From: Wickerhamiella versatilis
Taxonomy: Eukaryota
Assembly (NCBI GenBank): GCA_030867685.1
Contig: JAQOWU010000007.1
Span: 62,001-126,000, forward strand
DNA length: 64,000 nucleotides
Direction of reading: 5' to 3'
The notes beneath the pieces are model-generated. The model ran no database searches and was not told the DNA's origin. It saw nothing but the letters and a program-made list of their open reading frames with translations. The translations under genes were made by a program, and so were the position numbers. The stretch's first letter is position 1. Each line of letters opens with the position of its first letter. Positions 1-10,560 of the stretch are shown here, one piece after another.

Positions 1-357
1 CCCAAATTCGCATTTAGATTCGGTCTCCTGTTGTATGCGATAGATAAACTCCTCTGTAAAAGGCTCATCATTTAGAAAAGTCCACGGGTAATGAAACCAA
101 TGGTTGAAATGAACTTCCATTGATCTCACACTCTGAATTATCCCTTCAAGATCTGAGTTACGAGACAGGACAAGAAGAGTTGCGTTTGCACGCGGTCCTG
201 ACACATCGGGCTCGCGGCAGCCCACCACAAAAGGTTCATCCCACTTCCCACCCATGCCCGGATGTCTCCATATCCACAACCTATATGCATAAATTCCACA
301 AAAAGCTACAGTCATAAACAAGAGCAGTTCCAAACAACTTCGTTTCCGCCATCTCAT
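1..357 (-). CDS. GT15 (KRE2/MNT1/KTR family) alpha-1,2-mannosyltransferase, 5' part only; runs off the window edge
   Basis: Not in the ORF track. Manual translation from the ATG at 357 gives MRWRKRSCLELLLFMTVAFCGIYAY...PFVVGCREPDVSGPRANATLLVLSRNSDLEGIIQSVRSMEVHFNHWFHYPWTFLNDEPFTEEF. This has a type II membrane anchor plus the GT15 RNxDL and YPWxFLNDEPFTEEF motifs. Confidence 0.9.
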   Translation of the reverse strand, partial: MRWRKRSCLELLLFMTVAFCGIYAYRLWIWRHPGMGGKWDEPFVVGCREPDVSGPRANATLLVLSRNSDLEGIIQSVRSMEVHFNHWFHYPWTFLNDEPFTEEFIYRIQQETESKCEFG

Positions 358-1190
358 TCGCAAATAGTGTTACTAATCATTGCAAATTCTACCGACTACT
401 TCTCCAAGCATTTGACACTTTGCCCTCTGAGAAGAAGGCTGAATTCACAATTACGGCAGTTTCTGCTTCATATTCTTGACAGTGATATAAGTTAGATTCT
501 TCAATAGCCATAGCTGAGTTCCGTGACCTCATTTGTCCTTGAAACAGCCGCTAATCAGGTGCTACATGTAATATATTAAGTTACTGTAAGTGGCGCAACT
601 TCAACTGCTAAAGTGGAAATGATATCCTTTATACTATTTTTGGTGCTTGGGCATACTAGGCGACAATACTATATACTGCATAGAAAATGCCTTGGCTTTT
701 AATCCTTTGAATTTAGCGAATTGTCGAATGTCGCAAGCGTGACAGCTCAGAAATTATATTTCCAGTGAAATAGCAAATGATTTGGGGGTGCTTTGTTTGA
801 TTTCGAAAGCTTATACAGAAACATCAACTTAGTCCTGACGCAATTATGGCTTAAATATTTTCCCTGGCTCGAACACTTCTACAAACATACGTACCCCGGG
901 GGACGGTAAACCACCCGAGTAGTCATCCACTCACCCTTAGTATGAGGAAAGCGGCAGCGGCAGCGGCAGAGAGTCAAGCGCTGAACCCCCAATCAATTTT
1001 GGCTCAGGTTTTCATGAGAGCGTCTACTTTTCTCACGCGGCTTTGATCGCAGATATGAATTTTATCTTGAAAAGTCGACACAACTATCGTGAAAAGTATA
1101 TGGCCTGCAAATTATTCTTGCGGTAGTGTTAGCGTACCAGTATTTGGAGAAATTTTGCCTCGGTCTGGGGTCGATTAGCGAGAGCAAAAG

Positions 1191-1213
1191 GGTTCGACAA
1201 TGCAAGATATCTC
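1191..1213 (-). repeat. Dispersed 31-bp element, variant subtype (GAGATATCTTGCATTGTCGAACC)
   Basis: Exact reverse complement of 6673-6695. Confidence 0.9.
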
Positions 1214-1446
1214 TTAGTAATCCGGCGAGTAAGAATGGTCAGGTAACCTGGGAATAAGAGGAGTTCTTTCTCCGTAATAAATTTTTTTGGCATCAATAAC
1301 AATATCTTATCTTCTTAGTTACCTTTCAGCATTTATACTTACTTGTTTACCAATACCATAATCATATATCACATTCATTGCGTTACCTTCTCCCCCGTGG
1401 TGTCGTAGGTTCCTTGATCCCTCTGCCGCAACCACTATCGAGATTT

Positions 1447-1497
1447 TGGGCTATCTTGCGACTAAAGTGGCTATCTTGCATTGTCCAGCCAGGCTTG
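1447..1497 (+). repeat. Dispersed element: left half-site followed by a near-complete copy
   Basis: tgggctatcttgcgac at 1447, then agtggctatcttgcattgtccagccaggcttg at 1466-1497. Another left half lies on the minus strand at 1597-1612. Confidence 0.9.
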
Positions 1498-1802
1498 AAA
1501 TAGCATCATTGCAGTTCTCCTGGCGGAAGCTTCTAAACATCTATATTTTCGTGTTAGATTATCTATTACGAAGCATCATATCAGTGGTGATCAGAACAAT
1601 ATAGCCCACTACCATTTACACTACCATTTTAGCATACTCTTATTAGGCTAGTTCCTACAGCTTTCCTAAGCTGACCTCTCGGAGTTTCAGGCATAATTTC
1701 ATCCTGTATGGCCCTATTAGTGTCAAATGCTGGCACGAGGTGTAAAATGACGCATGTTGTTTCTTGCTTTCAACATTAATAATCCGTAGTCCCCCGCGAA
1801 GC

Positions 1803-4010
1803 ATGACCACTCAAGATAACGATTTATCCGAGAAAAAGGATATTCCGCCCACGTATGTAGAGGCAACTAAGATACGACCCTTGGTTTTTTACCCTATTGA
1901 CGGATCGCTGCCTCATGACATTGTCACCACGAAGACTGTATCATCCGACGAGTGCATTGCCCACCTCAAGCTCATCAGCATTTTTTCAGACTTACGGGAA
2001 GTAATATCCCTGAAAGATGGTGTTTTTGGTCTCTGGGATTCCATGGCAGAGCATTCTATAAAGCAAAATTACGATAGGGCACTTGCTCTGGTCCGCGAAA
2101 AGAGATGGGCAGTGTATGTAAACAGAGCCGTGGACCGCTTTCAATCATGGCTTGAAACGAGTTTACAGGATATGAACTTCTCATTTAACATGGAAAGAAT
2201 GACTGTCACACAAGTTGAAAAGATGAAAATATCACTAACAGATAAGCGGACCCGGCAGCCCTGGTCTCCTGAAACACTGCCCCCTCTAGATGTGCTGATG
2301 GTGTGGCACTCATATATGCTAAATCCTCGAGACTTCCTCGAAGATTGCATGCGGAACGGGCTTTTGCCGTTTTGGGCTGCCGGCTTCCCTTGGCATGCTA
2401 TTGATAAGTGTATTAGCGACACACTTGACTACGTTCCATCGTCAGATGCCGTCAGTAGATTTGAGAATCTCACAAGTAGAAAGTGGGTGAACGAGGAAGA
2501 AAAAAACTTCAAATCTCTTAAGTGCCCATCGTGTGAGGCAGATTGTGAAATACCTTGGACAAACACGAAAGTTCTTGGCAGCCTTGATCGGCCATTTGAG
2601 GATGGAACTGGGTTTGCTGATGGTAATTTATATTTTTTGTGCACTAATTGCAAGTGCAATATCACCCACCCCGTACTGCAGATATCAAAATTCCGCAACA
2701 ACGTTCTAGAGCTCTTTAAGGAGGACATTCCCATGCCTGGCACGCTGCTCTCACCCATTGGGCTACCGGCTCCTACACCAACGCTTCCTGAACAAACTTA
2801 TGCAAACCACCTAATAGGAAAAGGTATGTCTTTTAAAAATTGGATGGCAATGACCGAATTTACCACTGCTCCCCCTAAGACGATTGGTAACGTGCGGAAC
2901 ATATTCGAAGCTCTTTGTAAGGATCGTACGATCTTGGCACGTGCAGGTGGATACCATGGTACTTCACAAAATGTGGCACGGATTCGAAGGATTTCTATTC
3001 GCAGAATGATGTCTCGTTACTGGAATAACCACTCACCGTTCTCCCTGGACCTGGTCGGAGCGGTGCTGCGCCAGGGTTCGTTCGTGCAAAAAATGGACGA
3101 GATTGACTGGTTGCATTCTCCAGGATTGGAGAAAACCATGGTACGGCTGATTGATAAGTACCGGGTATTTCTTGAGATAATCGCAAAAAACTCTGAGAGT
3201 ATGGCGGTGCCAACTTTGGATGTTGACCTTGCTTGGCATACTCATCAATTGTCCCCATATAGGTACTATGCATACTGCAAGAAGCATGCCAATACTTTGA
3301 TCAATCATGATGACAAGGTCGAGGAAGGTAAGCTCTCTGACGGGTTCGAGTGGACTAGCAAGGAGTATCAAAAAATGACGGGTGGCCAGTTATATAGCAC
3401 TTGCACCTGCTGGTATTGTGAAGCTATAAATGAGTCTGGTGTATCATCAGTCTCAGCAAAACTTTTTACTGCCTCGCCATCATCCAGAGCGCGCGAAAAT
3501 ATGCTCACCCTCCACAAATCTCCCGAACAGCATTCTTATGCCCAGAAACGGGCCCATATCTCTTCTCATAATGCTATTTCTCCAAAAGGAATGCCGGAGA
3601 GCCTAAATTCGGAGAATATTCGGCAACAAAGACTTAAAAGTCTATACGAAAAAGCATTGAGACGCCTACGTAAACGCGGCATCGCGACTACGAATCCAAA
3701 GCGCGATAGAGGTGTTCAGGACTCCGAAAAGCCTTATGCAGTCGATGGCAATGTAACTAACTGCGATTCTATCTATGGGAGCAATCCAGCATGTGCAAAC
3801 TTTGCCGCAGGGGCAATAGGGAATTGTGTTGGTGCCATGTGTGGCGGGCGAGTAGCAGCGGCAGCTTGCATGAGTGGAGCATGCGGTGGTGGATCAGCAG
3901 GTGGCCAGGCGGGGACCTGCTCGATGCTGGCCGGGTGCGGTGGAGGTGGTGGAATAAACCAAGGCAGTGGTGGAAGTGGTGGTGGAGGTTGGTTTGCGGT
4001 GGGATTCTGA
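1803..4010 (+). CDS. DUF1399 / glycine-rich domain-containing (GRDP-like) protein
   Basis: Motifs PPLDVLMVWHSYMLNPR, VPTLDVDLAWHTHQLSP and HDDKVEE, with a Cys/Gly-rich C-terminal tail. First ATG is at 1803. Confidence 0.85.
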   Translation: MTTQDNDLSEKKDIPPTYVEATKIRPLVFYPIDGSLPHDIVTTKTVSSDECIAHLKLISIFSDLREVISLKDGVFGLWDSMAEHSIKQNYDRALALVREKRWAVYVNRAVDRFQSWLETSLQDMNFSFNMERMTVTQVEKMKISLTDKRTRQPWSPETLPPLDVLMVWHSYMLNPRDFLEDCMRNGLLPFWAAGFPWHAIDKCISDTLDYVPSSDAVSRFENLTSRKWVNEEEKNFKSLKCPSCEADCEIPWTNTKVLGSLDRPFEDGTGFADGNLYFLCTNCKCNITHPVLQISKFRNNVLELFKEDIPMPGTLLSPIGLPAPTPTLPEQTYANHLIGKGMSFKNWMAMTEFTTAPPKTIGNVRNIFEALCKDRTILARAGGYHGTSQNVARIRRISIRRMMSRYWNNHSPFSLDLVGAVLRQGSFVQKMDEIDWLHSPGLEKTMVRLIDKYRVFLEIIAKNSESMAVPTLDVDLAWHTHQLSPYRYYAYCKKHANTLINHDDKVEEGKLSDGFEWTSKEYQKMTGGQLYSTCTCWYCEAINESGVSSVSAKLFTASPSSRARENMLTLHKSPEQHSYAQKRAHISSHNAISPKGMPESLNSENIRQQRLKSLYEKALRRLRKRGIATTNPKRDRGVQDSEKPYAVDGNVTNCDSIYGSNPACANFAAGAIGNCVGAMCGGRVAAAACMSGACGGGSAGGQAGTCSMLAGCGGGGGINQGSGGSGGGGWFAVGF

Positions 4011-4036
4011 AGAGAGACCGAATGTACCTCGTAAAC

Positions 4037-4043
<7 letters not shown>

Positions 4044-4075
<32 letters not shown>
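4044..4075. repeat. (AT)n microsatellite
   Basis: Uninterrupted AT run just after the stop codon. Confidence 0.95.
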
Positions 4076-4079
<4 letters not shown>

Positions 4080-4354
4080 AAGCCAGTATTGAGCTCGGCC
4101 ATTCTACCAAGTCTTTGGTATTTTTTGCTGATCACATGCGTCATTTCGACCAAGGCTGGTGTGGAAATGGGCTTCCTTCGATTCCGGAGTTTGACTAATT
4201 AGCCTATTCAAAGATGAGTTATGTACATATGATTTCCTGCTGGTTCTTAATGACCTTATCTCAGGTTCGTGCTGGTGGATACTGCTTCGATAACTGTAGC
4301 TATAGTGAAGTGGGAATTGTATTATGCTTCCTCAATTCCCTTAATTTCTATCAT

Positions 4355-5911
4355 TTAATACATATAAAAGAATCTAGGATTGAGTTCTCCCTTTTGACCC
4401 CTTTGTTCCGCGCTCATCTCATCCCATTTCTGCTCATATTCCACAATGTTTCTTCTCTTCTTGGCATTCTCTAAGTACACGAGCAGCATGTAAAGGGCGG
4501 ACGTACCAATGCTCAATATAACTGTAGCCAGGGATACCCATAGGCCTGTCAGGTATGCGGGTGCATCGTCGCTCTTATAGGAAAAAGTCGAGATTATTCC
4601 ACCGATGTTACCGAACGAGATTGTGAACGCAGAACTCACCATTTTCCGTGTATGACCAACTGTGTTCATAGTTGTCCAGCACACCAAAATTGGACCAGCG
4701 CAGTAAACGCCCACCGCAACCAAGAAGCAAGCGGCATAGCGCACATTAAGGTTGTCCACAGTAGGGGCAGTGCCTAACAGTAGGGCCAGACCTACCAAGG
4801 AAGTGATCGAGCAACCCAGGGTATATAGATATCGGTGCCTGGTCAAGTCTGAGAAAGCAGCAACAACAATATTCATGCCAAATGCCGTGATCCAAGGGTA
4901 TATCGAATGCACCTGGGTTTGTACCGGAGAGTAACCAAATGTATTGATGATCGCAATAGAAAAATATGCATATCCGTATATGGTGATGATCAAACCGAAA
5001 TACATAACACCCGAAAGTGTGATTTTCGGATCCTTGAAAACCATTGCCATCTCCTTCAGGGTTGGCGTGTGCTCATATGCCGAGTCACCCTGATCAATAG
5101 CCAGCTTAGCTTTGATGTACTCCCGTTCATTCGGCTTAAGAAACTTAGCTGTCTCAGGAAAGTCTGCGATCATGAAGAACAGGCATAACCCACAGAAGGT
5201 TGTAATGGCGCCTTCAACAATATACAGCCAGCGCCAACCTTCTAAGCCAAGCCGCATGTCGATGGTGTTCATTCCATATGCAATCAGCCCGCCAAACGCA
5301 CCGGCCAATGAAGTACTTGAGAAAAAAAAGCTGTATCGCTTCTGCGCCTCAGCACGTGTGTACCAGCTACCCAGCAAATAGTAGCAAGCAGGGAGCATAG
5401 GTGCCTCCGCAAACCCTAGAAGAACCCGGCAGACAATTAATCCCTGATAGTTGCGTACAAACCCCTGGCTGAGAGACACACATCCGAAGATGGTGATTAA
5501 AACGGAGAGGACCACATGGGGGCTGAAGATCTTCAAAAGATAGTTCCCAGGAAGCTCAAAAACGACATACGGAACAAAGAAAACTGCCAGGGCAATACTG
5601 TACTGCATGCTATCGAGACCCAAATCCTCGCTCAAGCCGTAAACGTTCGCATTTGAGATATTGAGGCGGTCCAAGTAGGCCAGTAAGTACAGAAGGCAGA
5701 TTGGGGAGATGATGGCGAGATCCATTTTGATCTGGAGCTTTCGTTGACTCACGCCGTGCTTCTCAGCCAATTCATGAAAAATGCTCTTTGTTTCTCTGTC
5801 CACGATGCCTTTGGGCTCCCTTGTATCTGGCTCCCTTGTATCTGCATATTCCTCCCAGCTCTCGGAATAGTTATCTTTCTTGGTGCTATCATCCATCCTC
5901 GATGCAATCAT
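4355..5911 (-). CDS. MFS transporter, anion:cation symporter (Dal5/Tna1-like) family
   Basis: Motifs LDRxNISNA, WYTRxEAQKR and GWRWLYIVEG, about 12 hydrophobic segments, and a C-terminal NPRFxY. Confidence 0.92.
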   Translation of the reverse strand: MIASRMDDSTKKDNYSESWEEYADTREPDTREPKGIVDRETKSIFHELAEKHGVSQRKLQIKMDLAIISPICLLYLLAYLDRLNISNANVYGLSEDLGLDSMQYSIALAVFFVPYVVFELPGNYLLKIFSPHVVLSVLITIFGCVSLSQGFVRNYQGLIVCRVLLGFAEAPMLPACYYLLGSWYTRAEAQKRYSFFFSSTSLAGAFGGLIAYGMNTIDMRLGLEGWRWLYIVEGAITTFCGLCLFFMIADFPETAKFLKPNEREYIKAKLAIDQGDSAYEHTPTLKEMAMVFKDPKITLSGVMYFGLIITIYGYAYFSIAIINTFGYSPVQTQVHSIYPWITAFGMNIVVAAFSDLTRHRYLYTLGCSITSLVGLALLLGTAPTVDNLNVRYAACFLVAVGVYCAGPILVCWTTMNTVGHTRKMVSSAFTISFGNIGGIISTFSYKSDDAPAYLTGLWVSLATVILSIGTSALYMLLVYLENAKKRRNIVEYEQKWDEMSAEQRGQKGELNPRFFYMY

Positions 5912-6484
5912 CAGGGAATAAAGAGTATTAGCCTGGAAGAAAGGTAAAACTGTGGGGAAAAGCGAGGCTTACGTAGTGTTTCAGAACCCTCACTGCATTT
6001 CCCCACATCTGCTGATACAACTGCATATCATTAGTAACACGTCAGCCCCTTGCTATCTCCACTTATTCTCCTACTGTTTTCTGGTGATTGTTCGCGTAGA
6101 TTCCATTTCTGATAGTATCCTCGTGCACTAGTTACCACTAGGAATCCCCTGCTACGTCTGAGATGGAAATATAACGAGAGTGATCTTCTTACAAAGATGA
6201 AGATCGAACCATTATCTGTAGGGTAAGATTGTACCTGAATTAATCTGTTAAAATTTTCTTTCAACTGAAGTATTCCTCATTTGGTAAGGCTTCTTCCCAG
6301 TTTAGGCATATTGCCCAAAAATTATGCTAAATTTGGATGCAGAACTTTTTTAAATATTTCACATGGCATCAACAGCAAGAATTTGAGTAAGCTAAACACT
6401 CTGATAGGCACTGATATGAAAAATGAAGTGTTCGTTTAGACTTAGAACTTATATCTCCATGCAAATGGCCCATAAAGAACCATA

Positions 6485-6701
6485 AGTGGGCTATCTTGCG
6501 TTGCCCTGACCAAGCCGGATCTCTACCGAACCGACCCATTCATAGACAACGAAACGAGTCGATGATTATCTTGCATTATCCAACTAAAATAAACATAACC
6601 ATGGGGCTGAGACATAAATCTCTTGTTATTGACTTGTTTTAAATCCCTGCCTAGATGCAAATAGATAGGACTGAGATATCTTGCATTGTCGAACCTGCCA
6701 G
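6485..6701 (+). repeat. Cluster of three dispersed-element copies (6485, 6567, 6673)
   Basis: agtgggctatcttgcgttg; tatcttgcattatccaac; gagatatcttgcattgtcgaacc. Confidence 0.85.
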
Positions 6702-6820
6702 TAATAGTTTACATACCAAATGATTATGTGATGCGGTATATTCGTATTCAGCGGTATTTCTCAGCAGTTGTTTTCGTTTGACAAAAAACACTTCTCTTTT
6801 TTGCAAAGAGATAAATCGTG

Positions 6821-8875
6821 ATGAGATTAATTCCTGCTCTATTCGGACTAGTTGGATCCGTCACCATATCAGGAAAATCCTCCAACACTTCGTCCAGTAC
6901 CCTTATTGGCATAGAGTTTGAGGATCTTAATCACTCGGGGGATGGTGGTATATACGGCGAGCTGCTGATAAACCGGGCTTTTCAAGGGGCTAGTCGACCT
7001 GATAACTATACCGAGCTGGCTAATACGACATTATCTTTGTCTGACGATGAACCTTTGTCTTCGGCTCTTCCTCATACCCTGAAGGTTGAAGGTGACGGAT
7101 TCTATAATGGTGGTTACTGGGGTATTAATGTGCAAAAAGGGACAACGTACACAGCACGATTTTATTATAAAGGTGATGCGAAAAACTTCACTGTATCGTT
7201 AAAGAGTATCGATGAAGAGACTGTATTCGCGTCAGCCACACCTCATAAAGTGACTAACGGTTCCCGTATTTGGGTCCCACGATCCAATGGATATCAATTA
7301 TATGAGGCCAAGCTGATTCCACAGAAGTCTGCTCCTGATTTCGATAATGGGCTCTTTGTCTCGACCAAGGGCGATGGGGGCTATTTTGGCATGGTTTCTC
7401 TTTTCGGAGAGACGTACAATAGCCGAGAAAATGGTCTGAGAAACGACCTTGCAAAGGTAGCTGCGGATTTTTCCCCAACATTCCTTCGTTTTCCTGGTGG
7501 TAATAACCTCATGGGCCATACCTCAGACTTCGAAACTCGCTGGAAGTGGAACAACACGATTGGCCCTCTTGTGGATCGCCCTGGGCGATATGGCGATTGG
7601 AATTACTGGAATACTGATGGACTTGGGCTCCACGAATATTTCGATTGGATGGAGGATATGAGCTTGGAACCTTTATTAGGGGTGTGGGCTGGCTATAGCC
7701 TGGACCATCCCAACAGTCACTCGGGATATAGTGTACCAAAAGATCAGCTTAATCGTTACATTGAAGATGTCCTTAATGAACTTGAGTACATCACAGGCAA
7801 TACGAGCACACACTATGGAGCTCTGAGGGCCAAAAATGGCCGTGAGAAACCATGGCATTTAAAATATGTGGAAATTGGTAACGAGGACTACTTCACAGAC
7901 ACGTATTCGTATCGGTTTCCAGCTTACTACCATGCGATTAAAGAGAAATTCCCTGATTTGGTCCCAATAGCTTCAGGTGCCGTTGGCGTGGATTTCCCCG
8001 ATGAACATATGCTTGTCGACATTCATCGATATAAGAGCGCTTCGGAACTAGTAAGTACATTTGACGAGTTCGATTCTTGGCCCACCAATAACACCGGGGT
8101 CTTGGTAGGCGAGTACAATGGTGGTGTTCCGACGATGGAGGTATCCTCGTCTGAGGCAGCCTATCTTATCGGACTTGAGAGAAATTCCAACAAGGTACTC
8201 GCTTCATGCTATGCATCTTTTATGTTTAATGCGAATTCGACGGGAGGTGTACAAGCCTTTATCAGCTTTGATCCTGGCAATATTTGGCTAAGCACAAGCT
8301 ACTATGCTCATAAAATAATCGCAACAACAGTAGGAAGTCGGATTTTAGAGATTGACGATGCTCACTATGATCCACTATACTATACTGCGAATATTTATGA
8401 GAATAATGACACCATTCATGTTCACATTGCCAACCCCAGCTCGAATAGGACGAAATTTTCCGCCTCGCTAGATGTTCAAGGCTTCAAAATAATGTCAGCA
8501 GCAGGCCAGGCAATCTTTAACTCCTCTGGGTCCGCAGGAAATGTCCCACGAAACACAACTGATATCCTCCCACAGAACGTATCTATTTCTCACAACGATC
8601 AGAACTTTTCTCTCTCTGTGGATCCTTATTTTGTAGGCGCAATTACTCTGAAGAGCTACAACAGCACCACTAATGCCAGCTCTTCCTATAGTGGGAGTAG
8701 CGTGTCTTATACCTCAGCAACCAATGAGAGACCCGGTGATGCTACTGCTACCGCAGTACCGTCATCAGGCAGTCCTTCTGTTTCCACGTCCTCCAGCTCC
8801 TCCTCAACTGGTGGCGTAGGTAGACAAAGTACCGTATCATCTCCTTTCATCTTTTTCCTAATGCTAATGTTGTAA
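6821..8875 (+). CDS. Secreted GH51 alpha-L-arabinofuranosidase with a Ser/Thr-rich, probably GPI-anchored C-terminus
   Basis: Motifs FEDLNHSGDGGIYGEL, LRFPGGNN, EIGNE (acid/base) and VGEY (nucleophile). N-terminal signal peptide and a hydrophobic C-terminus. ATG at 6821. Confidence 0.92.
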   Translation: MRLIPALFGLVGSVTISGKSSNTSSSTLIGIEFEDLNHSGDGGIYGELLINRAFQGASRPDNYTELANTTLSLSDDEPLSSALPHTLKVEGDGFYNGGYWGINVQKGTTYTARFYYKGDAKNFTVSLKSIDEETVFASATPHKVTNGSRIWVPRSNGYQLYEAKLIPQKSAPDFDNGLFVSTKGDGGYFGMVSLFGETYNSRENGLRNDLAKVAADFSPTFLRFPGGNNLMGHTSDFETRWKWNNTIGPLVDRPGRYGDWNYWNTDGLGLHEYFDWMEDMSLEPLLGVWAGYSLDHPNSHSGYSVPKDQLNRYIEDVLNELEYITGNTSTHYGALRAKNGREKPWHLKYVEIGNEDYFTDTYSYRFPAYYHAIKEKFPDLVPIASGAVGVDFPDEHMLVDIHRYKSASELVSTFDEFDSWPTNNTGVLVGEYNGGVPTMEVSSSEAAYLIGLERNSNKVLASCYASFMFNANSTGGVQAFISFDPGNIWLSTSYYAHKIIATTVGSRILEIDDAHYDPLYYTANIYENNDTIHVHIANPSSNRTKFSASLDVQGFKIMSAAGQAIFNSSGSAGNVPRNTTDILPQNVSISHNDQNFSLSVDPYFVGAITLKSYNSTTNASSSYSGSSVSYTSATNERPGDATATAVPSSGSPSVSTSSSSSSTGGVGRQSTVSSPFIFFLMLML

Positions 8876-8876
8876 T

Positions 8877-8904
8877 TGGGCTATCGTGCATTGTCCAACC
8901 AGTC
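8877..8904 (+). repeat. Dispersed element, near-complete copy abutting the GH51 stop codon
   Basis: TAA(8873-8875)-t-tgggctatcgtgcattgtccaaccagtc. A degenerate copy lies at 9360-9379, just beyond the stop of the next gene. Confidence 0.92.
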
Positions 8905-9387
8905 CGGTGTCGCTCACAAAAAATGGGAAAAGTGGTGATAGCGAAAAATACAAGAGGACTGTAAAAATAAATAGTCTTTTCTTCGTATCGCTTGATAGTT
9001 CGTCTTTAGACAGATTGGTAATTCCCTGTCTAGCTTGATTACGTATACAGCTCTTCAGTGGGTGATGAGGTATGTGGCTTAACCTGCATATGCATATCGG
9101 CCGCGATGAGTCGGTATGCACTGTTCGGTTCGGGTGAATCTGTATGCATGTTTCGGCTCGGATTGTTTCACTTGCAATGTCGAGTCACGGTCAAAGACGA
9201 TATTGGAGCTCCACTGGATAGATTTAAAATATACCAAATGGATGGATCGCTAGTCAGTATTCCAAGATTATCCCATATACATAACTTGGTCCTAAAAAAT
9301 TCTAAGAGCAGAGTGCATGCATGCAATAATTCGGGTGCAACAAGGAGACAACACAGATATGGGCTATCTAATATTGTCCGGACTCAT

Positions 9388-10560
9388 TTAAAAAATATTA
9401 TTCTCCAAAAATTTCGCAAAAATAGGGAAAATGGTCGAATTTGTCGTGCGGATTGTCCAATCATCATGGTGACCACCAGGTTGATTGAAAATAGTTGCAT
9501 TAGAGTCTGAAATACCTGAAATATCAATCCAACTTTCAATGTCACCTTTCAGAACTTCTTTTTCTCCATAACACACGAATATCTTACTTGATTCTGGCAA
9601 GATCTCTGACCAGTCAATATGGTCCTTCCAAGGATTCAATGGAGTGCTAAGCCTTGTAGCTTCATCGGGAACCAAAAGGGTGCCCATTGAGGCGAGTCCA
9701 CTACCATACGTAATATCCACTACCTCGTATTCAGCATATGTCCCGTTATTGGAGGTGGGGAAGATATTCACCATTGGACTAAACAGAAACAAGCCTCGAG
9801 GAGCCGCATTGACCTTTGGAACGGTTTCCACCTGATACTTCTGGTGTCTGATGAGATTAAGCGCGAGGTGAGCGCCTGCACTGTCTCCAGCGAGCATTAC
9901 ATTTTTCGACTTATCTAATATTGCATTGTATACTTCAGTAGCCTGTCGCAGTTGTGCAGGATACCTATTCTGGATGGAAAGGTCGTAGTCGATCCATAAT
10001 ACCGACAACCTGTCGCTTTGCTCGCTCACATTTCTCCATATATTGGACCAAAAATCCACAGCATTTTCAGCTGGGGGTGTGTAGTATCCGCCACCATGAA
10101 AGTACAGAATAACTGGATCGTCTTCTGCTCGGTCTTGTGCCTCGACAATCCATTTTATTTTTGTCCCACTGAGACTAGACACACCCGTCCCAAAATCTGA
10201 ATTATAGTTCGGCAAATCTGAAGTGTTGCTTTTAGATTGGAATTCCTTGGCACAGTCTTGAAGTGTAGTATTTGATTCCAAAAGAGAAGTGACAAGGAGA
10301 TTTACCGGGAATGAGGTGCTTAGCTTGTTAGCATTAATCAAGAATTCGGCGGAATATTTCTGGACAGTTTCCCCATTCTCAAAGCTAGGAATCTTGGGCA
10401 GGTAGTATGGGCCTGAGCATTGGGCTGCAGCATCGACACCGGCAGTCATACTGGGCAATTCGCCATACGGCGAGATCTCAGGCCATGAAGTAGATGCCCC
10501 TGAGCAACACACCGACAGTGCAAGTGCTAACTGGAGGGTCCAACCAATCTTGGGGATCAT
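9388..10560 (-). CDS. Secreted Say1/Mug180-like (HSL-type alpha/beta) esterase
   Basis: HGGG oxyanion motif, GDSAG nucleophile and a C-terminal GGHHD. The signal peptide fits a start at ATG 10560 rather than the ORF start at 10668. Confidence 0.85.
   Translation of the reverse strand: MIPKIGWTLQLALALSVCCSGASTSWPEISPYGELPSMTAGVDAAAQCSGPYYLPKIPSFENGETVQKYSAEFLINANKLSTSFPVNLLVTSLLESNTTLQDCAKEFQSKSNTSDLPNYNSDFGTGVSSLSGTKIKWIVEAQDRAEDDPVILYFHGGGYYTPPAENAVDFWSNIWRNVSEQSDRLSVLWIDYDLSIQNRYPAQLRQATEVYNAILDKSKNVMLAGDSAGAHLALNLIRHQKYQVETVPKVNAAPRGLFLFSPMVNIFPTSNNGTYAEYEVVDITYGSGLASMGTLLVPDEATRLSTPLNPWKDHIDWSEILPESSKIFVCYGEKEVLKGDIESWIDISGISDSNATIFNQPGGHHDDWTIRTTNSTIFPIFAKFLENNIF

Noticed and set aside
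120-495. Short + strand ORFs (120-317 and 262-495)
   Set aside because: They are antisense shadows of the minus-strand GT15 gene.
5815-5845. 15-bp tandem duplication encoding DTREP-DTREP in the MFS N-terminus
   Set aside because: It is a small in-frame slippage in a disordered tail, with no sign of function.
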